From assembly GCA_017416845.1 (NCBI GenBank), contig JAFQBA010000100.1:8968-72967 (forward strand): a DNA stretch of 64,000 bases, given 5' to 3'. Positions 33,603 through 41,552 of this stretch are shown one piece after another. The stretch's first letter is position 1, and the number at the start of each line of letters is the position of its first letter. The notes under the pieces are model-generated. The model saw nothing but the letters and a program-made list of their open reading frames with translations, did no database searches and was not told the DNA's origin. Position numbers and translations under genes: made by a program. Source of the DNA: Clostridia bacterium. GTDB lineage: Bacteria; Bacillota; Clostridia; UMGS1810.

Positions 33603-34517
33603 ATGTGTTGCTTATTCGGATTTTATAACTATAGCGGGAAGCCTATTAAGGACATCTCTGATTTAACAAACAGTCTGGCACAGCAAGCCACTATTAGAGG
33701 AACCGATGCTGCCGGTATTGCCTATGTAAACAAAAACAAGATAACCGTCTATAAAGAAGGAAAGTCTGCTCACCTTATCGACTTTAAACATTCTAACGAT
33801 GTTGTCAGTGTTTTAGGTCATACTCGCCATTCAACGCAGGGAAGTCACAAGAAAAACTTTAATAATCATCCATTTATAGGGAAATGCAACAATGTAGACT
33901 TTGCCCTTGCACACAACGGAGTGATTATGAACGATAAAGAACTGAGAAAGAAATACAAGTTACCGGAACCCAAAATTGAAACCGACAGTTATATTGCAGT
34001 TCAGTTGCTTGAAAAAGAAAAGGAGCTTAATGTTCAAAACATAAGCCAAATGTCCGAAAATGTGGAAGGAAGTTTTGCTTTTTCAATTCTTGATTCAAAC
34101 AACGAGCTTTGGCTTATACGCGGTGATAGTCCTTTGTCGCTTATACACTTGCCTAACTATATGCTGTATGTGTATGCATCAACAGATGAAATTCTTTTTA
34201 AATCGCTCGTAGACACAAATCTTTTTGATGAAGTAAAGAAAGGAAATATGGAAGAATTTGATATTAAATCCAGTGATATTCTGAAAATAACTACAGATGG
34301 TTCAATAACTACAGACAAATTCAAATATTCAAGTTATAGTTCATATGGTAAATATGATTGGTGGAGATATGGAATATCAAGCAGTCTTGATGATGATACA
34401 TATATCGCAGACTTAAAGACCGTTGCAGCATATCAAGGATATTCTCCGGATATGATTGATGAGCTATTGGAAAACGGATTTTCACCCGAAGAAATTGAGG
34501 ATTATATTTATTTTTGA
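33603..34517 (+). CDS. Class II (Ntn) glutamine amidotransferase domain protein
   Basis: Starts MCCLFGF (Cys2 nucleophile). RGTDAAG, GHTRHSTQG, HPF and AHNG are typical of GATase type 2. The start is 3 nt after the amidoligase stop. Confidence 0.65.
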   Translation: MCCLFGFYNYSGKPIKDISDLTNSLAQQATIRGTDAAGIAYVNKNKITVYKEGKSAHLIDFKHSNDVVSVLGHTRHSTQGSHKKNFNNHPFIGKCNNVDFALAHNGVIMNDKELRKKYKLPEPKIETDSYIAVQLLEKEKELNVQNISQMSENVEGSFAFSILDSNNELWLIRGDSPLSLIHLPNYMLYVYASTDEILFKSLVDTNLFDEVKKGNMEEFDIKSSDILKITTDGSITTDKFKYSSYSSYGKYDWWRYGISSSLDDDTYIADLKTVAAYQGYSPDMIDELLENGFSPEEIEDYIYF

Positions 34518-34562
34518 TGGCTGTTGTAACCACTTTCTGGTTTAACCTTACACAAAGGAAAA

Positions 34563-34613
34563 AGCCTTGCCGTTCAATTCAAACTGAAAAGAATGACAAG
34601 GCTATATTTTTTT
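34563..34613. terminator. Bidirectional terminator hairpin at the right edge of the element
   Basis: AGCCTTGCCGTTC / GAATGACAAGGCT stem, preceded by AAAAA and followed by ATATTTTTTT. The arms are homologous to the hairpin at 17297-17329. Confidence 0.6.
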
Positions 34614-34738
34614 GCTACCACAAGAATCAAATGTGCATACTTTAATTGTTTTTCTCACCCATAGTAATAAATCTATATATTACCATAGCAGACTCAACTA
34701 AGATTAGTCAGCAACAGAAAAATAGTGTTTTCTGCTCT

Positions 34739-35857
34739 TTATAATTCATATATTACATAGTGAAAATCTGTGCGATGAGTGGAAGGACCACTATAGAAAT
34801 AAACCCACAAAGAACCATCACTCATAACCTTGAGATAGGGATGTCCCACGGAAAAAAGAGCCATCTGCGCCCATGCATCGTTCATTCCTGCATTCGATTT
34901 TCCCTGAATCTCTTTTTCATATTCATAGACAGTATCCACATCTGTCCAGGTTTTGCCTCCGTCTGTGCTTTGTGCAAGCTTTATGACAGGCAGAGAATCT
35001 CTGTTGATATACACAGTTACAAGAGAACCGTTTTTGCCGTCAACAACATTGCCCGGCTGACCGGAAAGCCCGGTGTCACAAAGCGAGCTGAACGAACGAC
35101 CGTTGTCTTTGCTCGAGCAATAGTGAATGTTGATATAGTCACCTTTGTTTCTGTCAAAGGTCCAGAATATATCTGCCATGGTTCCGTCGTTTAACACATT
35201 GAGTCGCTGATCCCAATAATAAATCATCGGGTCATCTGTTACAATCACCTCATTTCCCCAGGTGTAGCCTCCGTCTTCGGAGTATACAATCACACTGTGG
35301 TGTGTCCAGTATTCGGTTTCATAGTATGGTTTGTTCACCTCAAACTGGACAGCTATGCGACCATCTGCAGTTATGCACGGCGAACCCGTGAGGGGAAGCG
35401 GAATATCTCTGAATGATTCCACCTGAATACGTTCGGGCTTGGTCCATGTTTTTCCTTTGTCGCCCGAATGTGCAACCATTATGTAGGTATCTTTGAGACC
35501 TTCGGTTTCTTCGTTATAATACACAAGATCTTCCATTGTTGCATCAACTGCATTGAAAACTGCCACAAGGTTGTCGGGTGAGTGCTCCACAAAATACAAA
35601 AGCCTTATTGTGGTGGGTTTTCCGTCTACAACGGGCGGTTTGAAAAACTCAATGGGTTCACTCCAACTTTCGCCCATATCTTTTGAGATGCAAGTTACTC
35701 CATGATCGGTTTTGTTGTAAGGACCTTTTGTTTCGGCACCCTTGAAGGATGCAAATATTGTTCCGTCATTAAGCTGACAAAGCCCCGGAAAGGCACAACT
35801 CGAAAGTGCGGGATTATCTTTGCCCGAATATACGATTCCTGATTTTATTCTTTTCAT
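34739..35857 (-). CDS. BNR/Asp-box repeat beta-propeller protein (sialidase-fold), cytoplasmic
   Basis: Five S.D.G.(T/S)(W/F) Asp-boxes (SKDMGESW, SGDKGKTW, SEDGGYTW, SKDNGRSF, STDGGKTW). No signal peptide and no FRIP motif seen. Confidence 0.6.
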   Translation of the reverse strand: MKRIKSGIVYSGKDNPALSSCAFPGLCQLNDGTIFASFKGAETKGPYNKTDHGVTCISKDMGESWSEPIEFFKPPVVDGKPTTIRLLYFVEHSPDNLVAVFNAVDATMEDLVYYNEETEGLKDTYIMVAHSGDKGKTWTKPERIQVESFRDIPLPLTGSPCITADGRIAVQFEVNKPYYETEYWTHHSVIVYSEDGGYTWGNEVIVTDDPMIYYWDQRLNVLNDGTMADIFWTFDRNKGDYINIHYCSSKDNGRSFSSLCDTGLSGQPGNVVDGKNGSLVTVYINRDSLPVIKLAQSTDGGKTWTDVDTVYEYEKEIQGKSNAGMNDAWAQMALFSVGHPYLKVMSDGSLWVYFYSGPSTHRTDFHYVIYEL

Positions 35858-35870
35858 ACAAACCTCTTTA

Positions 35871-37028
35871 TTACCAATATTTTTTCCAGTCAGGATTCAA
35901 AAATCTCATAAGAGCTTCCATATAGAAATAGTCTCCCCAAATGCAGCACTCGTCAATACCGAGATTACCTGCATAATAGTATGTACCGTGCTTTAAAAGA
36001 CCGTTTGATTTTTCATCATCTTTGGTGGTATAGCCGTCTATGAGAGAATTCATAATTTTTTCAGCTGTTTCCATGTATATTTTTCTTCTCTCATCATCTA
36101 TAGGCATTGATTTGCACGCCTCCAAAATACCGCAAACCGCAATTGATGCCGCCGAGCTGTCACGGGGTTCGTCGCCGCTTGTGAAGGAAAGATCCCAATA
36201 TGCAACATAATCATCAGGAAGATGATTAATGTAATAATCAACTATGGAGCAATAATTTTTCATTATGCTGTCTGCTTTGCAATGAGAATATGCAAATGCA
36301 GGTCCAGTAACACCCCATGCTTGACCTCTTGACCAAGCGCTTGAATCATTGAGCCCTTGCTTTGTTCCGCCACCGAGTCTCTCACCGGTTTTCTGATCGA
36401 AATAGAAATTTTGGAATGTTGAGCCGTCATCTCTCACAACAGTTTCAAGAGTTGTGTTCACATGAGCAAGTGCTTTTCGTATAAATTCAGCGTCTCCGCT
36501 CTCTTCGCCTGCCCAGAAAAGCAGTTGGGTGTTCATGAGACAGTCGATAATGAGTCTGTAGAGGGCAGGTATCTCGCAATCAGCATCCCCTGCTATCTGA
36601 ATAAACTGACCTTTTTCTCTGAAACGGTCGCCGAGAACCTTTGCCGCATCAAGAGCTTTTTGTTTCATGGTTTCGTCGCCTGTTATTTTATAACCTGCAA
36701 CCATTGAAAGAGTAAAAATAAAGCCTATATCATGGTCGCCCATGCCAATCATGTTGTCAACACGATTGGCAAAGCTATCTAAAAGCCCCTCTGCGGTTTT
36801 TCTGTAGATTTCTTCACCTGTTTGCTCATAGGCAAGCCACAGAATGCCTGTCCAGAAGCTCTGAGTCCAACCAACCATGTTTTCATCTTTCTCATACACC
36901 CCGTCAACCGATGATGACGTGGGAAAACAATCGGAAAAATCAGGAATTGTTTTCTTGATTTTTGCTAGGGCATCACCAAGTGCCAATTCAAGCTTGGAGC
37001 GTGTTAAAATCGAATAATTACCTGTCAT
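35871..37028 (-). CDS. ugl: GH88 unsaturated glucuronyl hydrolase
   Basis: GDHDIGFIF and SAWSRGQAWGV motifs, an (alpha/alpha)6-type sequence of ~385 aa, and no signal peptide. Confidence 0.8.
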   Translation of the reverse strand: MTGNYSILTRSKLELALGDALAKIKKTIPDFSDCFPTSSSVDGVYEKDENMVGWTQSFWTGILWLAYEQTGEEIYRKTAEGLLDSFANRVDNMIGMGDHDIGFIFTLSMVAGYKITGDETMKQKALDAAKVLGDRFREKGQFIQIAGDADCEIPALYRLIIDCLMNTQLLFWAGEESGDAEFIRKALAHVNTTLETVVRDDGSTFQNFYFDQKTGERLGGGTKQGLNDSSAWSRGQAWGVTGPAFAYSHCKADSIMKNYCSIVDYYINHLPDDYVAYWDLSFTSGDEPRDSSAASIAVCGILEACKSMPIDDERRKIYMETAEKIMNSLIDGYTTKDDEKSNGLLKHGTYYYAGNLGIDECCIWGDYFYMEALMRFLNPDWKKYW

Positions 37029-37116
37029 ACATAGTCATTCCTTTCAATAATTGCATTAAAGTTATTGAACTGATGATAGTCCGAAAAACTGCAGTTGTCA
37101 AGTTTGCATGATAAAA

Positions 37117-39696
37117 CTATTTGTATATAACCGTTGAATTTACCGTTGAATATCTGCACTTCACAAGAATCGTGCAAGCATCATCCCCCACCTGCAAATA
37201 GCTTGCAAGCACACTTTTGGGAGCGGTATACACATCATTGGTGTCAACTACACACACATTGCCGATGGCAACCGGCAGATAAACAAGATTGTCGTCATCA
37301 CCTAAAACCGCAACCGAGGAAGTCCCCAATGCATATAGTTTTCCGTAATAATAGTGAACTTCCTGATTGTCTCCGGAAGTATTAATGAGTCTGCGTGCCT
37401 TTCCGTCAAAATCCTTTACTGCATTAACGATGTATTCACCAGATGCGCTGTAACGAATAAGGTCTCCGCGGTTAAATGGAACATCACCGGCGGCAAGGTT
37501 CATTTTTTCAACAAAGGCTTCGTCATTACGGATATAATAGGTGGTGTATTTATCATTTAGGTACAAACTTGTTTTATACATCGGCTCTCCGTCTTCATCC
37601 AATGTGCGGGTGCAACTTGCCACAACACCCGATGGGGCATTATCACCAAAGGTGTTATTCGACACAATATCAGGTGCTTTGTAAAGCAGAACCTCTGCAC
37701 AGCCCGAATAGCTCACATTATATGGTCTGACACTTGAACAGGGAATGCGCTCATCGTTTTGCAGAAAATCAAGATTGCCTATTGAAAACTTGTCTTCGTC
37801 ATCTGTAGCATTTTCGGATACACAGAAAATTACCGTGCTGTTATCTATGATAAAATGAGGAACAAAATATCCTGTTTTCTTGTAGTACATCAGGTTTTGG
37901 GTTTCGTCATTGGGGAAACGATATCTTTTTATTGTGTTATAGCCGTCGGACGTGGGGTTATATATTCCCTCCGAATCAGCCACGGTGATAACAGATGAAA
38001 CATACCCCTCGGAATTTTCTTGATACCTTATGACACTGCCGGTATTTCGCGACAAAACGGCATATGCCTCGGCAGATGAATGGGTTTTATCGTCAATTCT
38101 CACCTTATCGGACAATTGCAATTTTTCAATTTCTCCGTTTTCGGTAAAAAGCTTAACCATAACTTTGCTCGCAAGATCAGTGGTTTTTATGATTACATCA
38201 AAATATGCAAATTTAAAACCGGATCTTCCAAAGCTTTTTACGGCAACAATTGCTCCGTCGTCATTAACTGCCAACGAGTATTTTTTGCCAATTTCAACAT
38301 TTCGGCGAAAGAATTCCTCAAAATAAGGAGTGGTAATGTATGCCATATCGTCAACAAAGATTTTTGAATCAGATCCAAATCCCGTAACCGTGCCCGACAG
38401 TGAGCCTGATACAACATTCATCTTCACATATTTTTTGTCTTTAGAAATGAACACTTCAAGCACATTGCCCTGCGAAACAGAGTCGATATCAATTGCGGAA
38501 TCAAAATATATATCATCATCGCCAAGATAAACATTTGTTTTGTATTTTGAATCATAAATAACACCGCTGTAGCTGTCGGCATATGCCACTTCAATATATT
38601 CGCTTTCCCAAACGGAAAACACGTCAACAACGCCGTCTTCGTTGTTGTCAATTGCTTCGATGCGTCCCGATTTAATTGAAAAATCGGAATCGGTGCAATA
38701 GCCATACGCTCTGCCATTGTAGAGTACAGCTCTTTCGGGTGAGGATTTCAGTTTTTTCATTTTGCCCGAAGCATCAACATACGACAGTGTGCCATTCGAA
38801 AACTCAGGAGAATCAAGGCTTGAAATCACGATTGTTTTGTTGCCGAAATCTGTAGCAAACACAACCTCACCTTTTGTTTCGGTCAGATTTTTCACATAAG
38901 CCTTTACTCTCATGCCAAGCGGACAATAAACGCCCGAAGCCACTTTGTAAACTGCATTATCTATGGATACACTGTTTTTTTCGAATTCTGATTTATAATC
39001 ATAAAGATAACCGCCGTTTGCCGCATCAACAATGCCTTCCACCACGGTGATATCGTGATATGCTTTGAGAACGGTTTCGCCCTCTGCGACTCTGTAATGA
39101 AGCTGACCGTCGGCGTAGCTGTATGACGTGATGGCATATACGGGAGTTTCTGCAAAATTTGCAAGCATGATATACATATCTGCATTGGTGAGATATTCTG
39201 CTCCCGAAAGCCCCACATTCAAATCGTTGGCGGAAGCAACCATCGTATATCCGTAGGGATAGCCTCCACGGCTTGCGGCATCGGGACCTCTGCCGAGAGC
39301 CTCAACCATCATTTTGCATGCCGCGGGATATTCCACATTGCCGCTTGGATAAAACTTTTGTGCCTTTGATATAATCCCCAGTGCCATTGCATAATTAGTT
39401 ACCGAGGCAAGCTCGCTGTTTGCAGGCACATCTTCATATGCACTCTGACCGTACGCAGCAGGAACGTTGAGATTAATGAGACCCATAAGAAGTGTCAAAA
39501 ACTGCTCTCTTGTTGCCGGTGCGGTCATGTCACAATAAGCACGGTTGTCAATGCCAAGTGCCATAAAAAGTTCTCTGGCAGCATTGGCATCGGGTTCGCC
39601 CGCTTCATTTGCCACAGCATATGAAACCGTCGCCGAATTGACAAACACAAACACGCACGTCAACAGCAATATTAAAAATCTACATGTTTTATTCAT
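37117..39696 (-). CDS. Large secreted protein with N-terminal SLH-like domain (paralogue of 9994..12606)
   Basis: ORF 37117..39711. The ATG at 39696 (MNKTCRFLILLL) lies 6 nt after GAGGTGG. TREQFLTLLMGLI...YEDVPANSELASV and GGYPYGYTMVASANDL. Confidence 0.6.
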   Translation of the reverse strand: MNKTCRFLILLLTCVFVFVNSATVSYAVANEAGEPDANAARELFMALGIDNRAYCDMTAPATREQFLTLLMGLINLNVPAAYGQSAYEDVPANSELASVTNYAMALGIISKAQKFYPSGNVEYPAACKMMVEALGRGPDAASRGGYPYGYTMVASANDLNVGLSGAEYLTNADMYIMLANFAETPVYAITSYSYADGQLHYRVAEGETVLKAYHDITVVEGIVDAANGGYLYDYKSEFEKNSVSIDNAVYKVASGVYCPLGMRVKAYVKNLTETKGEVVFATDFGNKTIVISSLDSPEFSNGTLSYVDASGKMKKLKSSPERAVLYNGRAYGYCTDSDFSIKSGRIEAIDNNEDGVVDVFSVWESEYIEVAYADSYSGVIYDSKYKTNVYLGDDDIYFDSAIDIDSVSQGNVLEVFISKDKKYVKMNVVSGSLSGTVTGFGSDSKIFVDDMAYITTPYFEEFFRRNVEIGKKYSLAVNDDGAIVAVKSFGRSGFKFAYFDVIIKTTDLASKVMVKLFTENGEIEKLQLSDKVRIDDKTHSSAEAYAVLSRNTGSVIRYQENSEGYVSSVITVADSEGIYNPTSDGYNTIKRYRFPNDETQNLMYYKKTGYFVPHFIIDNSTVIFCVSENATDDEDKFSIGNLDFLQNDERIPCSSVRPYNVSYSGCAEVLLYKAPDIVSNNTFGDNAPSGVVASCTRTLDEDGEPMYKTSLYLNDKYTTYYIRNDEAFVEKMNLAAGDVPFNRGDLIRYSASGEYIVNAVKDFDGKARRLINTSGDNQEVHYYYGKLYALGTSSVAVLGDDDNLVYLPVAIGNVCVVDTNDVYTAPKSVLASYLQVGDDACTILVKCRYSTVNSTVIYK

Positions 39697-39711
39697 TGTT
39701 ATCCACCTCAC

Positions 39712-41397
39712 TTATGCACCAATCAATCTGTACAAAAGAACTGCCGCCTCAGCTCTCGAAAGTGAGCTGAGCGGTCTGAATCCTTGCTCGTCGCCTTTGA
39801 TAATTCCGTTTGCCGCAAGTGCTTCGACGCTCTCTCTTGCATAAGACGCAATGTCTGAAGAATCGGCAAATGATTTTGTGCCCTCATAGGTTTTTCCAAT
39901 TATGCCAAGTGCATTATACAAAATTACGGTGGCATCCTGTCTTGTTATCGTGTCGTTAGGCCTGAAGTTGTTGCCGTCACCCGTAACAATATTATTTGAT
40001 GACAAAATATCCACATATTCTCTGAACCATTCACCTACACCGACATCAGCAAATGCTTTTGAAACTCCGCCCGATTTCAAATCAAATGCAAGGGCAACCA
40101 ATTTGACAAATTGTGCTCTGGTAACAGGACTATCCGGTTGAAATGTTCCGTCTTCAAAGCCTGAAATAATTCCCTTTTGAGCCAAAGATTTAATTTCTTC
40201 CTCTGCAAAGTGTCCTTTGGTGTCAATATAGTCCACAGTTGGCTTGGAATCGTTAGATTGATTAACATCAGTACCGGGAGTCACAACAGACTGTGATGGC
40301 GTGATTACAGAAACATCGACAGGATAAACCTTTGACGAAGTACCGCTACCACTTCCGCCGGAAGATGTATTTTTTCTGTCCGATTCCTCACGGAGTAGTT
40401 TTCTTACTGCATTGTCAAATGACGACTCAACATCTTCAAAAGATGCATATTCCACGCGATCTGCAAACATTTTGCTGAAAACCTTTGTACGGTTGTTAGC
40501 ACTGAGCTTTTTATAATCTCCGTCCAAATCAATGCCCGTAAAACTGTCAATATTGTCGGTTACAGTATCTTTAAGCTCACCGTAGCTCTCAGAGCCAATG
40601 ATACTTGCAAGAAGTGACACATTTTCAAAACTTAAAAATTCTTTTTCAAGCTCCATACGCATGAGGAGAGAATCAAATGCATCTTTTACATTGGAATCAA
40701 GAGACATATAAACCATGTAATCTGTTTCAAGAATATCTGCATAAAGTTTCATAACGCTATCAACGGATACACCGCTCTTTATCATCAGAACTGCCTGACC
40801 AACTCTGAATGCACGGTTAAAGCTTGCATAATCAAAATTCCCATCTGATTTTTTCAGCGAAAAAACAGTTTTGCACACAGCATCCATATTGTCTACCATG
40901 TCGGTATCTATGCCGAGATAAACTGCATACTCTTTTACCGAAGCAGTGAGAGCAGATGCAGTGGTTGAAGCGTTAATCAAATCCAGTGCTTCAGCGGTCT
41001 CGGCACTGTTTTTATCGAAAACCAAAACCTTTGCAGCGTAGGCAGTATCAAGCTGCTGTGCGCCAATGTATACTGTATATTTACCATCCTTGAAGCTGTC
41101 AGGAAGGGAGATGTCAAAGTTAAGAATTCCGTTTTCCCCGGCAAAATATATTCTCGAAATCACCGGAAGATTGGAATTTGAAATCGGTTCGATTCCCGAT
41201 ACAATGTTTACAGCTACGGCACTACCTGCCGACAGGGAAAGTGAACCATCAATTTTTATTGAATCGGTGAAAACATCATATGAAACACCGAGCGATTTAG
41301 AATATGAGGCAAGGACTGTCGAAGCCCACCCGGAAGCAACAAGGCATGTACAAAGACAAGCGGAGATTAATTTTTTTGCTTTATTTTTAATTTTCAT
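39712..41397 (-). CDS. S-layer homology (3x SLH) domain protein (paralogue of 12620..14272)
   Basis: Signal peptide, a Gly/Ser linker (SSGGSGSGTSS), and three SLH repeats (YIDTKGHFAEEEIKSLAQKGIISGF..., FADVGVGEWFREYV..., IASYARESVEALAANGIIKGD...SRAEAAVLLYRL). Confidence 0.8.
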   Translation of the reverse strand: MKIKNKAKKLISACLCTCLVASGWASTVLASYSKSLGVSYDVFTDSIKIDGSLSLSAGSAVAVNIVSGIEPISNSNLPVISRIYFAGENGILNFDISLPDSFKDGKYTVYIGAQQLDTAYAAKVLVFDKNSAETAEALDLINASTTASALTASVKEYAVYLGIDTDMVDNMDAVCKTVFSLKKSDGNFDYASFNRAFRVGQAVLMIKSGVSVDSVMKLYADILETDYMVYMSLDSNVKDAFDSLLMRMELEKEFLSFENVSLLASIIGSESYGELKDTVTDNIDSFTGIDLDGDYKKLSANNRTKVFSKMFADRVEYASFEDVESSFDNAVRKLLREESDRKNTSSGGSGSGTSSKVYPVDVSVITPSQSVVTPGTDVNQSNDSKPTVDYIDTKGHFAEEEIKSLAQKGIISGFEDGTFQPDSPVTRAQFVKLVALAFDLKSGGVSKAFADVGVGEWFREYVDILSSNNIVTGDGNNFRPNDTITRQDATVILYNALGIIGKTYEGTKSFADSSDIASYARESVEALAANGIIKGDEQGFRPLSSLSRAEAAVLLYRLIGA

Positions 41398-41552
41398 CTA
41401 TATATACCTCAATTTCTTATAAGAGAAATTTGTCAAATTACCAAACGTTTTTAGGATTTGGGCATCTGCGGAAAATCTCATATCAGGGATTTTCCGCAAA
41501 CAATACCCAACATAAATTTTCTAATATTGAAAACCTTTCAATATTAATTTAA

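Larger units (their letters stand above)
17638..34613. mobile_element. Integrated element (defence islet + int/xis + replication module + accessory genes); satellite- or IME-like, with no structural or conjugation genes
   Basis: The left end abuts the tRNA-fMet 3' fragment. It contains a tyrosine integrase and an Xis-like HTH, is visibly more AT-rich than the flanks, and interrupts two paralogous glycan-degradation cassettes. The right end is placed only approximately, between 34518 and 34738. Confidence 0.6.
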
